A stretch of DNA of 64,000 bases, from contig CASEKE010000010.1 of assembly GCA_949288415.1 (NCBI GenBank), positions 1,979 through 65,978 of the forward strand. The letters run 5' to 3'. Each line of letters opens with the position of its first letter. Positions within the stretch are counted from its first letter, which is position 1. The notes under the pieces are model-generated. The model searched no databases, was not told where the DNA came from, and was given only the letters and a program-made list of their open reading frames with translations. This DNA comes from an uncultured Spirochaetales bacterium. Lineage in GTDB: Bacteria > Spirochaetota > Spirochaetia > Sphaerochaetales > Sphaerochaetaceae. Below are positions 34,896-42,686 of the stretch, piece after piece. A program made the position numbers and the translations under genes.

Positions 34896-35699
34896 TCAAT
34901 TTTCAAGAAGAGAAAGCTTGTAGACTATCATGAAGCCAAGAACGAGAAGGACGATGGAAAGAGGGATACCCCACCCCGAAGGCAGCCCCGGATATATTTC
35001 CCTGAGCGAAGCGAGAAGAAATCCGAGTATCGTCATGAAGGTCGGTTTAGGATAGCGCTTCATCGCGACCTCGAGACCTTTCGTCAATGCTAGTATGCCC
35101 GCTACTCCTCCGATTGCAAGGGGTGCCAGAGAGAGGAAGCGGTTGTTGCTGATAGCGGCTATGACAGGCTCGTATAGTCCAAGCACGAGAAGTAGATAGC
35201 TGGTCGATATGCCGGGAAGTACCAGTCCCACGGAAACAAGAATTCCTCCGAGAATCTGCAGCAAAATGGATGACAATCCCTTGCCGATGTCCGGAGAGAA
35301 GATTCCTTCCGGAAGGAGATCGATGGAGAGGACCAACGCCACTCCAACGAGGATGTAGATTATCGACGGGATGTCGAACCCCTCGCTTCTTGCCTTCTTG
35401 AACATCATAGGGACGGTGCCGATCACCGCGCCGAGGAAGAAATACATCAGCGTGACCGAATACCTGTCGATCAGCATCTCGAGAGGTCTTGCCACAATGA
35501 CGATACCAGCCAGGGCGGCAATGAGAAATACCAGAAGAAACTTCAGACTTTCCTTGAATGTACGCCTGCCGAAAAGAGCCGGAACGCTTTCTATGAGCTT
35601 GTCGTATATGCCCAATATCATCGCCATCGATCCGCCGGAGACTCCCGGGATCATCATGCTCGATCCTACGACGAAGGCCTTGACTGCATTTTTGAACAT
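34896..35699 (-). CDS. DUF368-family membrane protein
   Basis: The start is set at ATG 35699 because the ppdK terminator hairpin occupies 35718-35744. Motif IPGVSGGSMAMILGIY and a second GISTSYLLLVLG repeat. About 8 TM helices. Confidence 0.8.
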   Translation of the reverse strand: MFKNAVKAFVVGSSMMIPGVSGGSMAMILGIYDKLIESVPALFGRRTFKESLKFLLVFLIAALAGIVIVARPLEMLIDRYSVTLMYFFLGAVIGTVPMMFKKARSEGFDIPSIIYILVGVALVLSIDLLPEGIFSPDIGKGLSSILLQILGGILVSVGLVLPGISTSYLLLVLGLYEPVIAAISNNRFLSLAPLAIGGVAGILALTKGLEVAMKRYPKPTFMTILGFLLASLREIYPGLPSGWGIPLSIVLLVLGFMIVYKLSLLEN

Positions 35700-35717
35700 G
35701 ATTCGGATGATATCACG

Positions 35718-35744
35718 AAAAAGGCCGCATGAAAACATGCGGCC
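35718..35744 (-). terminator. Rho-independent terminator after ppdK
   Basis: On minus: perfect 9-bp stem GGCCGCATG, loop TTTT, CATGCGGCC, then T5. 19 nt after the ppdK stop. Confidence 0.85.
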
Positions 35745-35763
35745 CTGCATTGCTATACGGCTA

Positions 35764-38466
35764 TCATTTCTTCTGCATGATTGCAGCCTGTGCCGCCGCA
35801 AGTCTTGCGATAGGAACCCTGAACGGGGAACAGGATACGTAGTTCAATCCTACTTCCTGGCAGAATGCGATAGTCTTCGGATCTCCGCCGTGCTCTCCGC
35901 ATATTCCAAGCTTGATGTCGGGCCTGACGGACCGTCCAAGTTTTGTGGCCATCCTGACGAGCTTGCCCACGCCGTCGACATCGATCGTTGCGAAAGGATC
36001 GTAGTCGTAGAATGCCTTGTCGGGATCGTTGACATAATGTCCGAGGAACGACGCAGCATCGTCTCTTGAGAAGCCGCAGGTCATCTGCGTGAGGTCGTTG
36101 GTGCCGAAGCTGAAGAACTCGGCCTCCTTCGCGATCTCGTCTGCTGTGATGGCTGCACGAGGAACCTCGATCATGGTCCCGATCTTGTAGTCGACTCTGA
36201 GGCTCTGTTCGTCGAACACCTTCTGGATGACCGCTTCCGCTCTCTTCTTGCAGAAATCGAATTCCTTCCAGATTCCTACCAGAGGAATCATGATCTCGGG
36301 ATGCACATCGATGCCTTCCCTCTTCACGAAAATCGCAGCCTCGATGATCGCCCTAACCTGCATCTCGAGAATCTCCGGATATATGATGGCGAGACGGCAG
36401 CCACGGAAGCCGAGCATCGGATTGAACTCATGCAGACTGTTGCACTTCTGTGCGATCTCCTCGGCACTGACACCGAGGGTGAGAGCCATCTCGTGACGTG
36501 TAGTACTGTCGTTCGGGAGGAACTCGTGGAGAGGCGGATCGAGCAGACGTACCGTAACAGGCAGGCCGTTGAGAACCCTGAAGATGTCCATGAAGTCCCC
36601 TCTTTGTATCGGGAGAAGCTCCGCAAGGGCGACCTCGCGTTCGCGGGTGTTGTTCGCAAGGATCATCTTTCTCATGGCGATTATCCTGTTGCCGCCGAAG
36701 AACATGTGCTCCGTCCTGCAGAGTCCTATGCCTTCCGCACCGAGCTGGACTGCATGCTTTGCATCCTTCGGAGTATCGGCATTTGTGCGTACGCCCATGG
36801 TCTTGATCTCGTTGACGTAGGTCATGAACTTCTTGTAGTTCTGGAAAAGATTGCTCTCGCTTTCCCTCATCGTACCTTCGAGGACCTGCATGATTTCGCT
36901 GGGCTTGACAGGAATCTTCTGTGCGTACACGGCACCGGTGAAGCCATCGATGGCCATGTAGTCTCCCTCGTTAAGTCTGACACCGCCGACCTCGAGGTAC
37001 TTCTTGGGCTCGTTGACCTGGATCTCGCCGCAGCCAGAGACGCATGGGCACCCCATACCTCTTGCGACGACAGCAGCGTGGCTGGTCATTCCGCCGCGGC
37101 ATGTCACGATTCCTCTGGACACGGCCATTCCTCCGATGTCCTCGGGACTTGTCTCTACCCTGACGAGGAGGACATCCTTTCCTTCCGCCGCGGCCGCCTC
37201 GGCATCTTTTGCCGTGAAGTAGATCTGTCCACAGGCTCCTCCAGGAGAGGCGTTCAGGCCATGCGTGGCCTCCTTGCAGCCGAGATCCCTTATGATCTTG
37301 TTGTCGAGAATCGGGGCGAAGAGCTTGCTGAATTCGCTTGCCGGAACTCTGCTGACAGCCGTCTGCTTATCGATCAGGCCCTCCTCGACCATCTCTACCT
37401 GGCTTCTGAGCCAGCTGAAGATCGTCCTCTTTCCGTTCCTGGTCTGGAGCATGTAGAGCTTGCCTTCCTGTATCGTGAACTCGAGGTCCTGCATGTCGTG
37501 GTAATGGCTCTCGAGAATCTCGCGGATCTTGCAGAGCTGCGTATAGACTTCAGGGTTGACTCTCTGGAGAGTGTCGATAGTCTGCGGCGTCCTGATTCCG
37601 GCCACGACGTCCTCGCCCTGGGCATTCATGAGATACTCGCCATAGAACTTGTTCTCTCCCGTGGACGGGTCGCGGGTGAACGCGACACCGGTTCCGGACG
37701 TGTCGCCCATGTTTCCGAACACCATGCACTGGACGTTGACTGCAGTTCCGAGGAGACCACGGATGTCGTTCATCATCCTGTACTTGATCGCTCTGTCGTT
37801 GTTCCAGCTTCTGAAGACCGCGTCTATCGTCCTGAAGAGCTGGTACTCGGGATCGGTCGGGAAATCCTCTCCCGTGGCTTTCTTGTATATGATCTTGTAT
37901 CTCTTTATGACTTCCTTGAGATTCTCGACGTCGAGCTCTGTATCGAAGTGCTTTCCGTTCTCGTCCTTGACGCTCTGCAGAGCATACTCGAACTTCGCAT
38001 GCGGCACACCCATGACGACGTCGCCGAACATCTGGATGAATCTTCTGTAGCTGTCCCAGGCAAAGCGCTCGTTGCCGGTCTTCTTGATGAGAGCCTCGAG
38101 GGAATCGGGGTTGAGTCCGAGGTTGAGGACCGTGTCCATCATGCCGGGCATCGACTGGGCTGCACCGCTTCTGACGGAAACAAGCAGAGGATTCTCCTTG
38201 TCACCGAGCTTTGCACCCTGCAGCTTCTCGAGCTTCTTGAGATTCTCGAGGACCTCCTCTCTCATCCCTTCAGGATATGCACCTTTGTTCTGGTCGAAGA
38301 AGGCGCAGGCCTCCGTCGTGATCGTGAATCCGGGAGGAACAGGAAGGCCTATGCTTGTCATGTCTGCAAGATTGGCACCCTTTCCGCCGAGAAGATTCTT
38401 CATGTCAGCACTGCCTTCGGCACTGCCACCTCCGAAAAAATACACATACTTCTTTTTTTCCATCAT
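35764..38466 (-). CDS. ppdK: Pyruvate, phosphate dikinase
   Basis: 900 aa. N-terminal ATP-grasp (GGKGANLADM), phosphohistidine loop (TCRGGMTSHAAVVARG) and a C-terminal PEP-utilising TIM barrel (FFSFGTNDLTQ). Confidence 0.97.
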   Translation of the reverse strand: MMEKKKYVYFFGGGSAEGSADMKNLLGGKGANLADMTSIGLPVPPGFTITTEACAFFDQNKGAYPEGMREEVLENLKKLEKLQGAKLGDKENPLLVSVRSGAAQSMPGMMDTVLNLGLNPDSLEALIKKTGNERFAWDSYRRFIQMFGDVVMGVPHAKFEYALQSVKDENGKHFDTELDVENLKEVIKRYKIIYKKATGEDFPTDPEYQLFRTIDAVFRSWNNDRAIKYRMMNDIRGLLGTAVNVQCMVFGNMGDTSGTGVAFTRDPSTGENKFYGEYLMNAQGEDVVAGIRTPQTIDTLQRVNPEVYTQLCKIREILESHYHDMQDLEFTIQEGKLYMLQTRNGKRTIFSWLRSQVEMVEEGLIDKQTAVSRVPASEFSKLFAPILDNKIIRDLGCKEATHGLNASPGGACGQIYFTAKDAEAAAAEGKDVLLVRVETSPEDIGGMAVSRGIVTCRGGMTSHAAVVARGMGCPCVSGCGEIQVNEPKKYLEVGGVRLNEGDYMAIDGFTGAVYAQKIPVKPSEIMQVLEGTMRESESNLFQNYKKFMTYVNEIKTMGVRTNADTPKDAKHAVQLGAEGIGLCRTEHMFFGGNRIIAMRKMILANNTREREVALAELLPIQRGDFMDIFRVLNGLPVTVRLLDPPLHEFLPNDSTTRHEMALTLGVSAEEIAQKCNSLHEFNPMLGFRGCRLAIIYPEILEMQVRAIIEAAIFVKREGIDVHPEIMIPLVGIWKEFDFCKKRAEAVIQKVFDEQSLRVDYKIGTMIEVPRAAITADEIAKEAEFFSFGTNDLTQMTCGFSRDDAASFLGHYVNDPDKAFYDYDPFATIDVDGVGKLVRMATKLGRSVRPDIKLGICGEHGGDPKTIAFCQEVGLNYVSCSPFRVPIARLAAAQAAIMQKK

Positions 38467-38496
38467 GTGACCTCAAATTATGATTTTCCAACACGA

Positions 38497-38525
38497 ATAT
38501 TACCATGTATGAAGGCTGTAAGCAA
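38497..38525 (-). promoter_or_regulatory. Candidate sigma-70 promoter for ppdK
   Basis: On minus: TTGCTT, 17 nt, TAATAT. About 30 nt upstream of the ATG, with a GAGGT RBS. Confidence 0.5.
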
Positions 38526-38554
38526 TAAAGGCACGGGGCTAACTGATTACATTG

Positions 38555-38603
38555 AAAAAAAATAGCGGAGCAAAAATGAAACCATGTTCCATTTTGCCCC
38601 GCT
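38555..38603 (-). terminator. Terminator after the RpoS-like sigma factor gene
   Basis: On minus: AGCGGGGCAAAATG, 12-nt loop, CATTTTTGCTCCGCT (imperfect), then A and T8. Confidence 0.6.
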
Positions 38604-38648
38604 TTATTTCGGTTCCAATCAGAATCCGGAGATGCCGACCCGATATGT

Positions 38649-39521
38649 CTAGCCGGCCATCGTATAGCATCCTAGCTCACGTTCGTCCGCACTCTCTCTG
38701 AGCTTTTCCAATGCTCTCTTCTCTATCTGGCGGATTCTCTCCTTGGTAAGATTGAATCTGACGCCGATCTCCTTGAGACTCATCGGCTTCTCGCCGGTAA
38801 GGCCGTATCTGAGCTCGATGATCTCCTTCTCCTTGTCCGTCAGAGTTCCGAGAAGCTCGCCTACCTCGTGCTCGAGGCTCTCTCCGATGACCTCGTCCTC
38901 CGGAGTGGCGTTCGGATCCGTAAGGAATTCGGTCAGCGTCGATTCGCTGTCGTCCTTGCCGCTGATCGTGGCATCCAGATTCACCATATCCTGGCTTATC
39001 CGGAGCAGATCCTTGACAAGCGCCTCGTCAAGACCGGTCTCGTCCGCTATGTCCGCCACCTCGGGAACATCAGTCTGCTTCTTGTGCATCAGATCCCTCT
39101 GCGCCTTCAGTATCTGTACCAGCTCGTTGCTTCTGTTGAGCGGAAGCCTCACCGGGCGAGCCTTTTCGCTTATGGCCTTCATTATGGACTGTCTGATCCA
39201 CCATACAGCGTAGGATATGAAATGGTATCCCTTCTCCGGCTCGAATTTCTCCAGAGCGGTTATAAGACCTATGTTACCTTCGTTGATCAGGTCGGAAAGA
39301 GGGAGCCCCTGTCCCTGGTATTTCTTTGCAACCGTGACTACGAAACGAAGATTTGCGTTGATGATTCTATCGAACGCCTTTCTGTCTCCATTTTTGGCCT
39401 TGAGAGCAAGCTCATACTCCTCGTCGTAGCTGAGCATCGGAATCTTGTTGATCTCGGAAAAATAGATACCGAGAAGTTCGTCATCCGAATCCATGAAAGT
39501 TGCAATATTTTCTTTTGACAT
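38649..39521 (-). CDS. Group-2 sigma-70 family sigma factor (RpoS-like)
   Basis: 290 aa with regions 1.2, 2, 3 and 4 (NLRFVVTVAKKY, ISYAVWWIRQSIMKAI, SLKEIG...TKERIRQIEKRALEKLR) and no region 1.1 or NCR. The layout resembles spirochaetal RpoS. Confidence 0.85.
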   Translation of the reverse strand: MSKENIATFMDSDDELLGIYFSEINKIPMLSYDEEYELALKAKNGDRKAFDRIINANLRFVVTVAKKYQGQGLPLSDLINEGNIGLITALEKFEPEKGYHFISYAVWWIRQSIMKAISEKARPVRLPLNRSNELVQILKAQRDLMHKKQTDVPEVADIADETGLDEALVKDLLRISQDMVNLDATISGKDDSESTLTEFLTDPNATPEDEVIGESLEHEVGELLGTLTDKEKEIIELRYGLTGEKPMSLKEIGVRFNLTKERIRQIEKRALEKLRESADERELGCYTMAG

Positions 39522-39549
39522 CTTCGTGTCTCCTTGTACTTAAGGAAAA

Positions 39550-39564
39550 GCAAGGAGCGTGCCA
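39550..39564 (-). promoter_or_regulatory. Sigma-54 (RpoN) -24/-12 promoter
   Basis: On minus, TTGGCACGCTCCTTGCTT fits TGGCACG-N4-TTGCW with GG-N10-GC spacing. Intergenic. The -12 element lies about 29 nt upstream of ATG 39521, with an AAGGAG RBS between. Confidence 0.75.
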
Positions 39565-39686
39565 ACTTGGATAAAAAAATTATAATTCTTTATAATATAA
39601 GTAATTATTTGATACAATACAAATGTGGAGGAAGTTTGTAAAAGTGTCAAAAGGACACATTTTCTTTTTTCATCCCCTGTTGCGGG

Positions 39687-40082
39687 TCATTTTGATACTT
39701 TTCTTGGTTCCTCGATTTCTTCCGTGTCATTTTGAACCGGAAACACTATTTTCACGTTCTCCAGCAATCTCTTCCTTCCCGAGGAGGTGACGTTGAATGG
39801 TGAAGATTCCATGTCGGATACGAACTCGTCGTAACTTTCCTTGATCAGATCCGATACCATGTCTCCCTCTGGGAGAGAGAGGAAACACTTCTTCTTATTG
39901 GAAAAGTATCTCGACAGCTGGAGCTTGTAGAAGAGGATGAACTCGATGGAACAGGCAAGGTCATCGATCCTGTCGAGGAAGGCGCAGCAGTAGTCGTCCA
40001 CCGCCTCCTCGAGTCGTCCCTCTCTGCTCATCCTGTTTGCTCTGTCGTAAAAGAAAATGGATCGTTTCAGGTTCATATGCAT
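39687..40082 (-). CDS. Hypothetical protein (131 aa)
   Basis: ORF with protein-like composition, same strand and upstream of the RpoS-like gene. No recognisable domain. Confidence 0.5.
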   Translation of the reverse strand: MHMNLKRSIFFYDRANRMSREGRLEEAVDDYCCAFLDRIDDLACSIEFILFYKLQLSRYFSNKKKCFLSLPEGDMVSDLIKESYDEFVSDMESSPFNVTSSGRKRLLENVKIVFPVQNDTEEIEEPRKVSK

Positions 40083-40226
40083 CTTCTCTTATCAAGAAAA
40101 TAATAAATGATAGGAAAAAGAAAAGAGGGAAGATGGAATTTTTTTCACAAGTGAGAAGTTTTTTCACTCCCTTTCATGCGTCTTTGCGGTCAAATTGACA
40201 CTATTGACGAAAAACACATATCGTCC

Positions 40227-40255
40227 TTGCCAGTTTTCGATTCCTTTAATATATT
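40227..40255 (+). promoter_or_regulatory. Candidate sigma-70 promoter for groES
   Basis: TTGCCA, 17 nt, TATATT. About 40 nt upstream of ATG 40297. Confidence 0.45.
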
Positions 40256-40296
40256 GTGTAATGTACGCAAGTACTAATATCAGTAGAGGTGACAAG

Positions 40297-40560
40297 ATGA
40301 AAATCATTCCACTTAACGACAGAGTGCTCCTCAAGAGCGCAAAGATGGAGGAAAGGACCGCAAGCGGCATCTACATCCCCCAGGCATCACAGGAAAAGAC
40401 ACAGATTGCAGAGGTCATTGCAATCGGTACCGATTCGGCCATCAACGTGAAGGTCGGCCAGAAGGTGCTTCATGAGAAGTACGTCGGAACCGAGGTCAAG
40501 GACGGAGGAGACGATTACCTTCTCGTCAAGGCCGAGCAGATTCTCGCAGTGATCGAATAA
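40297..40560 (+). CDS. groES: Co-chaperonin GroES
   Basis: Start at ATG 40297 (AGAGGTGA RBS). MKIIPLNDRVLLK...ASGIYIP...G...V.VGQKVL...Y.G.EV is canonical GroES. 87 aa. Confidence 0.95.
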   Translation: MKIIPLNDRVLLKSAKMEERTASGIYIPQASQEKTQIAEVIAIGTDSAINVKVGQKVLHEKYVGTEVKDGGDDYLLVKAEQILAVIE

Positions 40561-40574
40561 GCCGTACGACGGAC

Positions 40575-40614
40575 AAAAAAAAGAAGCGGAAGCCATCAGG
40601 TTTCCGCTTTTTTT
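40575..40614. terminator. Bidirectional terminator between groES and dinG
   Basis: A8, stem AGCGGAA, 10-nt loop, TTCCGCT, T7. Lies between convergent stops at 40560 and 40617. Confidence 0.75.
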
Positions 40615-40616
40615 CA

Positions 40617-42686
40617 TCAGTAAAGGAAGTGTTCTATCTTGCTTCCGAGGTTGTCGATTGCAGCATCCTCCGGGCAGTAGCATTCCGGCAGAGAGGACAG
40701 AAGAAGCCGTCCGTAGCTCTTCTGCAGTATCCTCGAGTCAAGGATGATCACGATGCCCTTGTCGTTCTCGCTCCTTATCAGACGGCCAAGTCCCTGCTTC
40801 AGCCTTATGGCGGCTTCGGGAACGGTGAGCTCCAGGAACGGGAATTTCCCCTCCTTCTCGATGTGCGTACACCTCGCCTGGTATATCGGTGTCGTAGGAA
40901 CCTGGAACGGAAGCTTGACGATGATGACTAGCCGGAGCGTATTGCCCGGAGCATCTATTCCTTCCCAGAACGAGGATGTGGCAAAAAGCGATGAGTCCTC
41001 CTCTTTCTTGAACCTGCCCAGAAGCGCGTTCCTCGACATTCCGCCGCCTTGACGGTAAAGGACGAAATCCGGCAGCATCTCGCTGACGCGCGCGTGGACT
41101 TCCTCCAGCATCTTGCGCGAAGTGAAGAGCACGAGCGCACCGCCTCCGCTGTACAGTATGGCCTCCTTGATCGCGGATGCTGTGTACTCCACATATTCCT
41201 CGCTCATGTCGTTGCGGTATGCAATCCCGTCCCTTGGAAGCAGGAGCATGAGGTTCTCCTTGTATCTGAACGGAGATTCGAAGACTCCCTCGAGCGTATC
41301 TTTGTCAAGGCCCAGCTTGCCTTTGAAGAATTCGAAGCTCCGGTCCAGAGACAGCGTGGCGGAACAGAAAATCGCGCTCGAGATGTTGTCGAGGACGACG
41401 GTGCGGAGTATCGGACCGACCTCCATGGGAGAAAGAGTCAGCTCGTAGTCAGCATTTCTTACGCCTTGCGCGTGTGCGATGCGGCGATCGAAGTCGCCGA
41501 ATCGTATGAAGGAACGAAGTGTATCGGAAAGATAGGAAAGACTCTCCGCTGCGCGGGCGATGTTCTGGGCATGTAGCTGGTCCTCATCCGGGATGTTCTC
41601 GGCAACATGCAGACCGGCAAGCCTGGTCGAGAGTTCAGCCAGCTCTGCGGCGACCGCTTCCCCCTCGGAAAGGGCGCTTCGGTAGCGGGAAAACGAGTTC
41701 TCGTCAAAGAGTATGTCGTCCTGCCCCGTCGCTCCGAGTAGGATGGTGAGCCGTTCGTCGAACTGCTTCGCATCGCCGAGCGTCCTGCGTATCTCGTCCA
41801 TGGCGATCCGCGTTGTCCCTTTGATTCTCTCGTAGACGCTCATGTGCTCGAGTATCGAGCAGGAGAGCTTTGAATCCTTTGCAAGGAGAAAATCCAGGGC
41901 TCTCTCTACTCCGGCAAGGCTGTACGAATCGGAAAGAACGTCGGTGGCCTCGCTCTCGAGATGATGAGCCTCGTCGAGTATGACAGCGTCGTAAGACGGT
42001 AGGATCGCATCCTCGTCGAACGGTATGGAACACTCGGCCCTATGCTTGCCATCGATGAGGAACAGATGGTGGTTGGTCACAAGAAGCCGGGCCTTCATGG
42101 CATTCCGTCTCGCCTTGAAGTAGAAGCATTCCAGATAGTACGGACACTTGGGACCTCTGCAGGTCTTCTCGTCGCTCGCGACAAGTACGAAGTTCCTCAT
42201 TGCACCGGCATCGGCAATGTCGCCTTTTTCCCCCGTCACAGTTTTCCGGATCCATGCTCCAAGCGCCGCCAAGCCTCCGCTTCCTTCTTCCCCGAGAAGA
42301 GGATTTTGCTCCTCGAGCTCCCTGTATCTGGCTATGCAGGCATAGTTGCTCCTGCCGAAGAGGACAGCGACCTCCTCGTCGAAGCCTAGAGCGTCGGAAA
42401 GGAACGGAATGTCCTTCTCGTAGAGCTGCTTCTCGAGCGTTATCGTGCTAGTGGCGACGACGATTTTCCTTCTGGGATCGTCCAGGATCCTGAGCATGGC
42501 CGGAGCCAGATATGCGAAAGATTTGCCGGTCCCGGTCCCTGCCTCGATTATCGCATTTTGTCTCTGGTCGAACGCAGTCTCGACGAGTTCGGCCATCTCG
42601 AGCTGCGACGATCTGAAGCAATAGGAATCAAGCCGGTCGTCGAGTATGCCTCCGGGGGAGAATATGTTCTCCAAGACCTCACTCAT
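40617..42686 (-). CDS. dinG: ATP-dependent DNA helicase, DinG/Rad3 (XPD-like) family
   Basis: Start at ATG 42686, an 8-nt overlap with the upstream stop. Walker A GTGTGKS, DEAH box ILDEAHHLE, an Fe-S-type Cys cluster (CRGPKCPYYLEC) and a C-terminal helicase domain. Confidence 0.85.
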   Translation of the reverse strand: MSEVLENIFSPGGILDDRLDSYCFRSSQLEMAELVETAFDQRQNAIIEAGTGTGKSFAYLAPAMLRILDDPRRKIVVATSTITLEKQLYEKDIPFLSDALGFDEEVAVLFGRSNYACIARYRELEEQNPLLGEEGSGGLAALGAWIRKTVTGEKGDIADAGAMRNFVLVASDEKTCRGPKCPYYLECFYFKARRNAMKARLLVTNHHLFLIDGKHRAECSIPFDEDAILPSYDAVILDEAHHLESEATDVLSDSYSLAGVERALDFLLAKDSKLSCSILEHMSVYERIKGTTRIAMDEIRRTLGDAKQFDERLTILLGATGQDDILFDENSFSRYRSALSEGEAVAAELAELSTRLAGLHVAENIPDEDQLHAQNIARAAESLSYLSDTLRSFIRFGDFDRRIAHAQGVRNADYELTLSPMEVGPILRTVVLDNISSAIFCSATLSLDRSFEFFKGKLGLDKDTLEGVFESPFRYKENLMLLLPRDGIAYRNDMSEEYVEYTASAIKEAILYSGGGALVLFTSRKMLEEVHARVSEMLPDFVLYRQGGGMSRNALLGRFKKEEDSSLFATSSFWEGIDAPGNTLRLVIIVKLPFQVPTTPIYQARCTHIEKEGKFPFLELTVPEAAIRLKQGLGRLIRSENDKGIVIILDSRILQKSYGRLLLSSLPECYCPEDAAIDNLGSKIEHFLY

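Noticed and set aside
35108-35127. TGGCAC followed by TTGC on the minus strand inside the DUF368 gene
   Set aside because: The spacing is TGGCAC-N3-TTGC (GG-N8-GC), which is wrong for RpoN, and the site is intragenic.
36301-38565. Very long antisense ORFs. Examples are the 754-aa ORF opposite ppdK, 13200-14249 opposite rpoD, 53068-54300 opposite hslU, 58919-60208 opposite ftsZ/ftsA, 28143-29384 and 29502-30650 opposite the aminopeptidases, and 21556-22437 opposite ffh.
   Set aside because: Their coordinates differ from the sense genes by exact multiples of 3 (for example 36301-35764=537, 13200-12726=474, 53068-52924=144). They are therefore the codon-aligned reverse frame, where stops arise only from sense codons TTA, CTA and TCA. 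Strong avoidance of those codons in well-expressed genes keeps the frame open. The sense genes have unmistakable homology, while the antisense products are low-complexity and Leu/Ser/Arg-rich.
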